From positions 3,010 to 67,009 of the forward strand of contig JAAYHB010000011.1 in the NCBI GenBank assembly GCA_012727435.1: a stretch of 64,000 bases of DNA. The letters run 5' to 3'. This document shows positions 46,523-56,430 of this stretch, one piece after another. How positions within the stretch are numbered: the first letter of the stretch is position 1; each line of letters begins with the position of its first letter. Under the pieces are notes generated by a model. That model was not told the origin of the DNA and ran no database searches. It saw nothing but the letters and a program-made list of their open reading frames with translations. The stretch comes from Clostridiales bacterium (GTDB lineage Bacteria > Bacillota > Clostridia > Oscillospirales > CAG-272). The translations under genes and the position numbers were made by a program.

Positions 46523-47389
46523 TTATTGCATCGCCTCGGCCAATAGTTCCGCCATTTTCTTAAGGTTGTCTATATAATCGGCTGCCAGCGGGGAGAGTTT
46601 AATAGCCACACCTCCGATTTCCTCGGCAAAGGCGGCCGACTGGCTGTTGTCTATTTCCTCTTGGTAGAAAATTACCTTGATGTTTTCAGCGCGGGCAAGC
46701 TCGACCATCTCGGCCAGGCGCTTGGCGGTCGCCTCCTTGCCCTCTTCCTCAAGCGCATACATAGTGAGCCCGTAGTCCTCGGCGAGATAACCGAAAGCCG
46801 GGTGATATACAATTATTTTACGGTTTTTAACCCCTTCGAGCACCGACACAATTTCCGAGTCAAGCCCCTCAAGTTGGCCTTGATAGGCGGCGGCGTTTTG
46901 ACTGTAGACCCCGGCGTTATCGGGGTCAAGCAGGCTCAACTCGCGCGTGATTACCTCTATCATCACCTTCACGCGCTTTGGCGAGAGCCAGATGTGCGGG
47001 TCGCGGTCGCCCGAGGCAAAGGTCAGCTCGGGATAAACTTCGGCCACCTCCTCATGAAGGGCCACGATTTTCACGCTTTTCGGCACGTGCGGCAGTATGC
47101 CGGCCTCGGCCGGAACGCCGATTGTAAAATATAGCGAAGCCTCTTCAAATCTCATCATGTCGCCCGGCGTCGGCTCGTAGTTTTCGGGGCTGTATCCCGG
47201 CGGGATCAGGGTGACAACCTCGGCAAGCCCGCCGCAGACCGCCCTGACGAATGTAGCCTCGGGCACAATGCTCACGGCAATGACAGGCTTGCCGCTGTCT
47301 GCCTGCTTTTTGTCGCACGACACAAGCAGAAACCCTGTTGCCAGCAGAATTGCAAGAGCCAGAGCTGCAATGTGTATTGCTTTTTTCAT
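46523..47389 (-). CDS. Zn/Mn ABC-type solute-binding lipoprotein (ZnuA/AdcA-like)
   Basis: Lipobox LVSC; SPENYEP, DPHIWLSP, YHPAFGY motifs. Confidence 0.9.
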   Translation of the reverse strand: MKKAIHIAALALAILLATGFLLVSCDKKQADSGKPVIAVSIVPEATFVRAVCGGLAEVVTLIPPGYSPENYEPTPGDMMRFEEASLYFTIGVPAEAGILPHVPKSVKIVALHEEVAEVYPELTFASGDRDPHIWLSPKRVKVMIEVITRELSLLDPDNAGVYSQNAAAYQGQLEGLDSEIVSVLEGVKNRKIIVYHPAFGYLAEDYGLTMYALEEEGKEATAKRLAEMVELARAENIKVIFYQEEIDNSQSAAFAEEIGGVAIKLSPLAADYIDNLKKMAELLAEAMQ

Positions 47390-47428
47390 GATAACTCCTT
47401 GTTTTTTTAACGTCTTAGCGCCTTCTGA

Positions 47429-48217
47429 TCATCCCAGCGCGACGTCAAGCACCATCATCAGCGAGAAGCCTAAGGCGGTACTCAGAGTGCCGATGTCGCT
47501 GTGATCTCCGGTCTGCGCCTCGGGAATCAGCTCCTCGACCACGACATAAATCATGGCGCCCGCCGCAAAGGCAAGTATGTAGGGCAGGGCGGGGGTAACG
47601 AGGGAGGTGAGCAGGATGGTGATAATTCCCCCGACCGGCTCGACGACGCCCGACAAAAAGCCGTAGCTGAAAGCGCGGGCCCGGGGAATACCGCTGCCCA
47701 CCAGCGGCATCGAGATTATCGCGCCTTCGGGGAGGTTCTGCAGCGCGATTCCGATTGAGAGAACCAAAGCGCCTCCGGCTGAAATGGCGGCGTCGCCCGA
47801 GAGCATTCCCGCGAAGACCACCCCGACGGCCATTCCCTCCGGCAGGTTGTGGAGGGTTACCGCCAGCACCAGCATCAGCGACCGGCCGGCCTTTGAATGT
47901 ACGCCTTCGGGTTTGTCGGAATCGGCATGGAGGTGGGGGATTAACATATCAAGCAGAAGCAGAAAGCCGACCCCGGCCCAGAATCCGATAAGCGGGGGAA
48001 CCCATCGGGGTAGTGTTCCCTCACCCGACATCTCGATAGCGGGGATGAGCAGCGACCAGACCGAGGCCGCAATCATGACCCCCGAGGCGAACCCGAGCAG
48101 CGCCTTGCGCACGGGTATGCTCATTTCTTTCTTGAGAAAAAAGACGGCCGCCGAGCCGAGCGTTGTGCCGGCAAGGGGAATGAAAAGGCCGAGAAGGATT
48201 ATCAGTGCATCACTCAT
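47429..48217 (-). CDS. ZIP-family divalent metal transporter (ZupT/GufA-like)
   Basis: GFASGVM, LHNLPEG, QNLPEG, AGAMIYVV motifs. Confidence 0.93.
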   Translation of the reverse strand: MSDALIILLGLFIPLAGTTLGSAAVFFLKKEMSIPVRKALLGFASGVMIAASVWSLLIPAIEMSGEGTLPRWVPPLIGFWAGVGFLLLLDMLIPHLHADSDKPEGVHSKAGRSLMLVLAVTLHNLPEGMAVGVVFAGMLSGDAAISAGGALVLSIGIALQNLPEGAIISMPLVGSGIPRARAFSYGFLSGVVEPVGGIITILLTSLVTPALPYILAFAAGAMIYVVVEELIPEAQTGDHSDIGTLSTALGFSLMMVLDVALG

Positions 48218-48333
48218 ATTCTCACTCCGAAAGCCTGTGGCTTATATTATCATTTTACCATAAAGGTATAATAAATCAAGCGTTTTATATTCGCCGGAAT
48301 TAAGTAAAACAAAAGAAGTAACGGAGAGCCAAA

Positions 48334-49194
48334 ATGGAACAGAAACCACTTACGCCCGGCGCCGACCTGCGCATTATGACCTCAAACGCCCTCTTTGACA
48401 AAACTGCCGAAGCGCGCGCCGGATTGCTTTATGAGAACATCAGGTATTACAACCCCGACATCATCGGATTTCAGGAGATTAACGAGGTTCTGCACAAGGT
48501 TCTGATAAGCCGACTTATTGAAGAGCTCGGATATGACATGGTCAGCGCCTGGCCTGATGAGGGCCGGCGGCGGGATTTTGAGCTTCAATCGTTGTCCCCC
48601 AAATACCCGAGCGTCAATTATTTCCCGATTCTCTACAAAAAGAGCAGGTTTTGCGAGCTTGAGTCGGGCTTTTATATGTACCGCTCAACCTGGACCCAGA
48701 CAAAGGGGGTTACATATGCGATTCTGTCCGAGAGCTCAAGCGGCAGGCGTTTTGCGCATATAAACACGCATGCAGCGGTCATAACAAGCTGGTATAAGAT
48801 AGAAAATCTCACTCCCGACCTTGACGAGCAGTGGCGGCTCGACAACAGCAGACAGATTTTGGAAACCAAAGCCGAAATAATCGAAAAATACGGCAACATT
48901 CCGATTTTCCTCACCGGGGACTTCAACAGCAACGAAAAATCAGCCTCATATGCCGCATACATTGCGGGGGGATTTGAAAACTCAAAGTACAAGGCAGAGC
49001 GCTCGGCCTCCCGCAATATCGGAAGCTTTCACAAAGTAGGCGAAATGCCGCCGCAAGGCGAGGACACCCTGCCGATAGACCATATATTCGTCACGCCCGA
49101 CATCAGGGTACTGGTCCACAGCATTGAGACTACTCAAAGCGTGCTCGACTCCAGCGACCACTGCATGGTGTATGCAGATGTTCTGCCGCCATAG
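48334..49194 (+). CDS. Endonuclease/exonuclease/phosphatase family protein
   Basis: MTSN, GFQE, NTH, TGDFNS, IDHIF, SDH motifs. Confidence 0.9.
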   Translation: MEQKPLTPGADLRIMTSNALFDKTAEARAGLLYENIRYYNPDIIGFQEINEVLHKVLISRLIEELGYDMVSAWPDEGRRRDFELQSLSPKYPSVNYFPILYKKSRFCELESGFYMYRSTWTQTKGVTYAILSESSSGRRFAHINTHAAVITSWYKIENLTPDLDEQWRLDNSRQILETKAEIIEKYGNIPIFLTGDFNSNEKSASYAAYIAGGFENSKYKAERSASRNIGSFHKVGEMPPQGEDTLPIDHIFVTPDIRVLVHSIETTQSVLDSSDHCMVYADVLPP

Positions 49195-49360
49195 CTCGCG
49201 TGGTTTTGCGATCAGACAGGCCGCATGTAACGGATTTTGCAGAGAAGGGTGAGCCTGAAATTTTGCGACAGCGCTCCGGAACATTTACGGTTTTTAACGC
49301 GTCATGTAATATAAGGTTTTACAGAGTTTTGACAATGAGTTATTGAAAGGACGGCTGAAT

Positions 49361-52300
49361 ATGAATACTTCTTTATATAATAACCGATACTTTTACCGTA
49401 CCCTGTGCATTATATTATGCATGACAATGTTTTTGGGTGTGCTTTCCTCGTGCAAATCCTGGCGGGGGCAAGAGGGGTTCAGCTTTAAGGGCAGCGCATA
49501 TACGTCCGACAGCGTCACCGACCTGCCCGAAGCACTATCCGAGGTGTCGATTACGGCGACCGGCTCGCGCTCCTGTATTATTCCGACCAACGCAACCTTT
49601 ACTATCAAGACTTCAGGGAAAACTAATGCCGAGACCCTTTCGCGCTATATTACAGTTACGCCGGCGCTTGATTTTACGGTCAGCGCCAAGTCCGGGACCG
49701 AGTTTCTGCTCACCCCTCTTTCGGGAAGCCTTGAGAAGGGTAAGGTTTACCGCTTTACGGTGGGGAACCCAGAAAACCCGGTCTACAGCTTTGCCTTTCA
49801 GACAGAGAGCGAGCTGGTTGTACGCAGCGTGCTGCCGGCCGACCTTGCGACAGGCGTCCCGCTCAACACAGGTATTGAAATTGCCTTTACCGAGGTTGTC
49901 GGGAATGTAAATTTCAAGGATTACATCACTATATCTCCCAAAACTGCCGGGCGCTTCGAGCTTTACCCCGACGGCAGGACGGTAGTTTTCATCCCCGAGA
50001 AAAACCTTGAAGAGAACACGGTTTATACCGTCAGGGTGAAAAGCGGCTTGAAATCTGAGTCGGGAAAGCGGCTTGAGGCCGACTTTGAGTCAAAATTCCG
50101 CACCGGTGTGACGGTTGCAGACCAGAATGACAAAACAATTACGATATATCAGAATTCTGGGACGACCATATTTGCTACCAGCGAATACCCTACGATTTAT
50201 TACAACATTAATAACCTTAACAAAATCGAGCCGAAGCTCGACGATGTCTCGGCCACGCTTTACCGCTATTCAGATGCCAAAGACGCGATTGAAGCAATGA
50301 AGGCATACGAGGCGGTCCGCGCCGACTATTTTCAGACCGGCGAGAGTTATATCTTCCCGACCCGGGGGCTTGATAAGGCCGGCGAGTATAAAATCACGCC
50401 GGCTGCTGAACACCGCGGGCCTAACTAATGGCAGATGTATTTCTCGCTCCCGAAAATCGGGACGGGGATTTATCTTGTAAACTATACCGTCTCGGGCACT
50501 TGGAACCGCACTGAGTTTGAAAAAACTTTTCAACTGATATTTCAGGTCACCGACCTGCGCGTGCACACCCAAAGCTGCGACGGCGGCACCCTCTTTTGGG
50601 TAAATAATCTCTCGGGCACCCCGGTAGCAGGGGCGCAAATTGAGGCTGAGTGCTTTACCCGCATTGAGTCCTGGAATACCGAGGGCGGCAGGAGCGCCTT
50701 TACGAAAATTTCCGGCAAAACCGACGCCGACGGCCTCTATTTTTTGAGCAACGGGAAGGCTAACGCGGCGTATGTGAGGGTATCTGCCGGCGGCGATGAG
50801 ACGATTATTACCCTGCTCTGCGCCGAAGATACTGTTCAGAAGTATTACTGCAAATATATTTATACCGACCGCGAGGTTTACTTTAAAAACGACACCGTGA
50901 ACTATTGGGGGGTCATCACCCCGGGCGGCGAGGAAACCCTGCCGGCGCGGCTTTATGTCTATGTCGGCAGCATACCCTACGGGAGCGTGGCGGTAGCGCC
51001 CGACGGCAGCTTTTCGGGCAGCCTGCCTGTCGAGGACTATACCGGGTCGGGCTATTATATCAGGTTCTGCAAGGACGACGGCACGCTTATCACCTCGAAG
51101 TACATCAGGGTGACGCAGAAGGATAAGCCGGTTTACCGGGGGACGATTGCCTTTGACAAGCTCTTTTATGAGTACGGCGACACCATGACCGCGACTCTTA
51201 CCGCTTCTTTCTTCGACGGCACGCCGGCCCCGGGGCTGCGCTTTAGCGCATGGATAAACGCCGCGCAGCCGGAGCAGGAGTTCGAAGTGGTGACCGGGGC
51301 CGACGGCACGGCAAAGATTACCCTGAGCAACTCGAAATTTACGTCAAGCAACAGCACATATCCGATAACCGTCCATATCGGCGCCCAGCTTATAGGATTT
51401 GAGACGACAAGCCTTAGCATGCACAATTCGGTTTTATACTTCCACAGCGACGTCCAGCTGCGTGCGGCCCGAAAGAGTGATGATTATTCTGAGGTTTACT
51501 TAAACAAAACCGACACATCAAAAATCAAGACCGCCGCCGACCGCAATAATCTCTCAAACCTCATATACGGCGAGCCAGCCGGGGGCAGCGTGACAATAAG
51601 CCTTATCAAGTGCGAGTTTGTCAGGGTCAGCCTTGGTACCGAATACAACCCGATAACCAAGACCACATATCAGCGTTATGTTACCGAACAGAGAGAAACA
51701 ACCATTCAAACCTATACAGAGAATTTCAAGGACGGTATAATCCGCCTTGAGCACCGCGAGGTTTCGGGTTTTGAGGGCTACTATTACTACAGAGTAGAGT
51801 ATTATCATGCCAAAAACAACACCATTTATACTGTCAATATAAATGCCGTTCAGAGTAAGTCTGCAAGTAAAAACGAGTTCCCGGAAAACTGGAACACCTA
51901 CTCCTTAAGCCTCAATGACTCGGCTTATTCGGTGGGAGAGAATGTAACCGCAAGCTTTCTATATAACAAACAGCCGGTGACCGGCAGGGTGCTCTTTACG
52001 GTATATGACTCAAAGGGGCTGGCACACAAAAGGATTGTGACCGACGGGAAGATTTCGTTTACCTTTACCGAGGACATGGTGTTTTTCTGCCGGATATATG
52101 CCGCCGCGCTGGACGCGGGGGAGTATCTGATCAGAAGCACCACGCTGACATACGATTACGCCTCGGACAACACGCTGAATATCGAAATACTCCCCGACAA
52201 GAACACATACAAGCCCGGGGAGCGCGCGACGGTTACAATCAAAGTCACCGATAAGAAAGGTCGGCCGGTTGGCGGCACTGCTCTGCTCTCGGTGGTGGAC

Positions 52301-54547
52301 GAAGCCTGCTTTGCATTGGGAGACCAGTATCTTGGCCCGGTGGAGGAATACTTCTCTCCGACCGTAAATGGCATTTATTACCTGCCATATTATTACAGCC
52401 TTATCACGTCGTATGAATATTTTTATCGGTCCGACGGCCCGATTGTGTCGGTTCTGGTTGACAGCCGCTTCAATATTTTCAATGAGGGAAGTCTGAGGGG
52501 TGGAACTAATAAAGCAGTGGACAATGAAGCGCCCTCAGAGAATGGAAATTCCTATGTTGACTCGGCAGAAACCGGGGTCTATATACGCGAGGTCTTTCTC
52601 GACAACCCGGTATTCAAGGCAATCAGCGTCGGGGAGGACGGTGTGGCGGTGCTCAGCTTCACTGTGCCCGACAACATCACCGAGTGGCGGCTCACCGTGC
52701 TGGCGACAAGCAACATAAATTCATCGCAGCCCTCGCGCCGGATGCTCGGGAGCGCGGTCAGCGGGGTAATCTGCACGCAGCCCTACTTTATCAATGTCTC
52801 GGCCTGCAGCTATTACCTTGTGGGGGACGACATCACGGTCTCGGCCCGCTCATACGGAAACGCACTGAACGAAGACAAACCTGTCAGATACCACGCGGTC
52901 ATAACAGACGAGACCGGCAGAACAGTCAAGTCAAATCAGACCGAACTGAAGCCCGGGGACACGGCCTGGTTTAACTTCGGCAGCCTTTCGGCCGGTGACT
53001 ACAGCGTGACAATCACCGCCACCTGCGGGGAGTACAGCGACGGTGTGAAGCTTAGCTTTGACGTGCGGGAGAGCGGCAACGTAGTGGATATCCGCAGCGA
53101 TATTTCGGTTGACGAGATAAAGAGCATCAAGCCGCTCGCCTATCCGGTGGTACTTTCCTTCTACGATTCAACCTTTGAGCTGTATCTTAAGGCGGTGGAC
53201 TTTATAAGATGGAATAATGTCCTCAGCAGAAGCGACGCTCAGGCGGCCCGCTATGTTGCGATTTCTGCCTCAGAAGTCCTCTTCGGCTCAAACCGCACCG
53301 AAGACCTTGCCAACATAAAGGAGCGGCTCTCGGAAAACCACGGGCTGATACCCCTGCTTGAGTACAGCGAGGGCGACATCGCGCTGACCGCAAAAATCTG
53401 CGCGATTGCCCCTGAGGCACTGACAGAGCAGCTCAAAGCCAGTATAATCGGGGTGTTGCAGGCATATATCGGCGGCGGGGAATACCCCGACGATGCCGAG
53501 CTCTGCGCCGCGCTGCTCGGGCTTGCGGCGCTCGGAGAACCGGTGCTCGATATGCTCTACAATGTAGCCTCGGATGCCGGGGACTATTCTGTCGAAGCCA
53601 GGCTCTACCTTGCGGCGGCATTTGCCTATATCGGCGACTTCCCGGCGGCAAACACGATGTACTCGGAAATCAAATCCAAGTATGGTACAACGAACGAGTA
53701 CCGGGATCTGTATGTCAGGGGAGCCGACATTGACGAGCAGATAAAACTTACCGCGCTGGCGCTGATATCGGCCTCGAGGCTCAGCCGCACAGACGCCGAG
53801 GTGATGGTGAAATACCTGCTTGAGCATGTCTCGCGCTCCGAGTATTACGGGCTCGAGATGGCGGCCTATGTGAAATTCTATATGCCGACCGGGCGGGTGG
53901 AGTCAACCTTCTCGTACCGCTTCGGCAACGATAAGGTCGAGACCGTGACCCTGAAGGCCGGCGGCACATATGCGCTGACCCTGACGAGGAGCGGGTTTGA
54001 GACGCTTCAAATTATCAGCGCCGACCCGAATATCCGCGTCCGCGCCGCATATTTTGGCAGCCCGGCCGACGCTGTCAAGGACAATAGAAAAACCGAAGGT
54101 ATCAAAGTTGAAAAAACCATAGCCCCGTATGACGAGAAGCTGGGACTGTATGTGGTTACCCTGAGCTTCAGCGGCTGGTCAGACCGGCCGTACATGAGCT
54201 TTGATATCTCGGACAGTATTCCGACAGGCGCGAGATACGTGTCGAACTACGGATACAGAGTTGTCGCAAAACGCGGCGACAAGACATCGGCTTGGATCTA
54301 TAATGCAGGTGGTCAGCAAATGTACGGCTCTATCTCAGTATGGACAAAGGCCAAGAAATGGAACGATAAACTCGATCCCTTCGAATTTTCGGGCAGTGTT
54401 TCATACCTTATCCGTGGTGCGGTGACCGGCGATTTCATCGTCGAGGAGGCGCTGATCCGTAATAATCTCACCGGCAATTACGCCACCAGCAAACGTATGC
54501 AGGTTACAATCAAAGAGGATACATGGGTTATCAAGACGATGCAATAA
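49361..54547 (+). pseudogene. Alpha-2-macroglobulin-like lipoprotein with Big_5 Ig-like domains, split by one in-frame TAA
   Basis: Lipobox LSSC; Ig-like repeats; YIYTDREVY, PDNITEWR, QPYF...VGDD hallmarks. ORFs 49343..50428 and 50435..54547 are in the same frame (AAC TAA TGG CAG ATG). Confidence 0.8.
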
Positions 54548-54562
54548 ACCCAAAAAACACCG

Positions 54563-54588
54563 GCCCGGCGGAATTTCCGCCGGGCTTT
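54563..54588 (+). terminator. Intrinsic terminator
   Basis: GCCCGGCGGA-ATT-TCCGCCGGGC followed by TTT. Confidence 0.8.
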
Positions 54589-54625
54589 AATTATGGAAAT
54601 TAATGGGTAAGAATGCAAAAAGGGT

Positions 54626-54654
54626 TTGACATTTCACCTGGCCTATGGTATAAT
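54626..54654 (+). promoter_or_regulatory. Consensus sigmaA promoter of citrate synthase
   Basis: TTGACA-17-TATAAT with TG extension. Confidence 0.85.
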
Positions 54655-54758
54655 AAAAAACCACCGGAGAGTAACACAGGCGTTTTGTCCGGAAATATAA
54701 AGCTGATTTAAACCCTCCCGACTATGGAAGGGTTATATTATATTCAAGGAGGAGTTTA

Positions 54759-56132
54759 ATGGCAGGAGAGAAAAGAAACTATTCTGAAATTACGCCCGAG
54801 ATAAAGAAACTGAGCGAGCTTTGCCTTCGCGACAGCTACATCGATCCGTCAATGTATCAGAAATACAATGTCTTTCGCGGGCTCCGCAATCTTGAGGGCA
54901 AGGGTGTTCTGACCGGACTTACCGAAATATCCGAGGTGTATGCGAAAAAGGTTGTGGGGGATAAGGAAATACCCTGCCGCGGCAAGCTCTATTACTGCGG
55001 ATATGATATAGAGGACCTGGTCTCCGGGTTTATGAAGGAGAAGCGCTTCGGCTTCGAGGAGATAACCTACCTTTTGCTTTTCGGCGAGTTGCCGAATGCT
55101 GCTGAGCTGGAGGAGTTTTGCCGGATTCTGTCAGGTTACCGCTCGCTGCCCACCTCTTTTGTGCGCGACCTTATCATGAAGGCGCCGAGCGAGAACGTGA
55201 TGAATTCTATGGCGCGCAGCGTGCTGACCATGTATTCCTACGACCGCAATCCCGAGGACACCTCGATACCGAATGTGCTGCGCCAGTGCCTGCAGCTTAT
55301 TGCAGTATTCCCGATGCTGGCGATATACGGCTATCAGGCTTATGACTATTACATCGACGGCAGCCGGAGCTTCTTTATCCATGAGCCCGACCCGGCGCTC
55401 TCGACCGCCGAGAACATACTTCACATGCTACGCATTGACAAAAAATACACAAAGCTTGAGGCCACTGTGCTCGATTTGGCTTTGGTGCTGCACGCCGAAC
55501 ACGGCGGCGGCAACAACTCGACCTTCACGACCCGGGTGGTTTCCTCCTCGGGAACCGATACATATTCTGCCATCGCCGCTGCCCTCGGCTCGCTCAAAGG
55601 CCCGAAGCACGGAGGGGCGAACATCAAGGTTGTACAGATGTTTGACGACATCATGAAAAACGTAAGAAACTGGGAGGATTGCGAGGAGATTGAAAACTAC
55701 CTGCGGAAAATACTGAACAAGGAGGCCTTTGATAGAAGCGGTCTGATTTACGGTATCGGGCACGCCGTGTATTCGGTATCCGACCCGAGGGCGGTTATCT
55801 TCCGCCGCTTTGTCAGGAAACTGTCGCGCGAAAAGGGAAGGCAGGAGGAGTTCAAACTCTATGCCGCGGTCGAAAAGATTGCGCCGAAACTCATCGCCAG
55901 CGAGCGGAAGATGTATAAAGGGGTCAGCGCCAATGTGGACTTCTTCTCGGGATTCGTGTATGATATGCTCGGGCTTCCCGTCGAGCTGTATACCCCGATT
56001 TTTGCAATCGCCCGAGTGGCGGGCTGGAGCGCCCACCGGCTCGAAGAGCTGATTAACGGAAGCAAAATCATCCGCCCGTCCTACATGAACGTGCACCCGA
56101 GAAGGGAATATATACCGATGTCGCAGCGTTGA
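54759..56132 (+). CDS. gltA: Citrate synthase (citrate/2-methylcitrate synthase family)
   Basis: LHAEHGGGNNSTF, GPKHGGAN, GIGHAVY..SDPR, ANVDFFSG, ARVAGW motifs. Confidence 0.93.
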   Translation: MAGEKRNYSEITPEIKKLSELCLRDSYIDPSMYQKYNVFRGLRNLEGKGVLTGLTEISEVYAKKVVGDKEIPCRGKLYYCGYDIEDLVSGFMKEKRFGFEEITYLLLFGELPNAAELEEFCRILSGYRSLPTSFVRDLIMKAPSENVMNSMARSVLTMYSYDRNPEDTSIPNVLRQCLQLIAVFPMLAIYGYQAYDYYIDGSRSFFIHEPDPALSTAENILHMLRIDKKYTKLEATVLDLALVLHAEHGGGNNSTFTTRVVSSSGTDTYSAIAAALGSLKGPKHGGANIKVVQMFDDIMKNVRNWEDCEEIENYLRKILNKEAFDRSGLIYGIGHAVYSVSDPRAVIFRRFVRKLSREKGRQEEFKLYAAVEKIAPKLIASERKMYKGVSANVDFFSGFVYDMLGLPVELYTPIFAIARVAGWSAHRLEELINGSKIIRPSYMNVHPRREYIPMSQR

Positions 56133-56142
56133 GTGTGCTGCT

Positions 56143-56292
56143 CCGGGGGTGCTGCCCCCGAGCCTCGCTTTCTTTTCGGGGCTCCGCCCCGCACCCTGCT
56201 CAAGGGGCTTTTTTGAAAAAAGCCCCTTGAGAATCCCCAAAAACTTCCCAACCTATCGCAAATAAAGTAGCGCGGGAGCCCATATCCCGCGC
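56143..56292 (-). repeat. ~150-bp palindromic intergenic repeat, copy 1
   Basis: Reverse complement of 62007-62160; core palindrome CTCAAGGGGCTTTTTT-G-AAAAAAGCCCCTTGAG at 56199-56231. Confidence 0.9.
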
Positions 56293-56375
56293 TTTTCTCT
56301 ACATATAGCCCGTTCATTTTCACGGGAAAGCCTTTTGGCATAGGTAAAGCATCACTGCTGAGCAAAAAAACGGCG

Positions 56376-56410
56376 GGGCTGACGCAAATCAACCCGATTT
56401 GCGTCAGCCC
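56376..56410. terminator. Bidirectional terminator (same stem family as 34675-34704)
   Basis: Perfect 15-bp stem GGGCTGACGCAAATC/GATTTGCGTCAGCCC. Confidence 0.8.
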
Positions 56411-56430
56411 TGGATTTTTGCATGGAGCAA

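Noticed and set aside
50426-50428. Sec/Pyl recoding of the in-frame stop in the A2M-like gene
   Set aside because: The codon is TAA, not TGA or TAG, and no in-frame TAG was seen in the methyltransferase cluster either.
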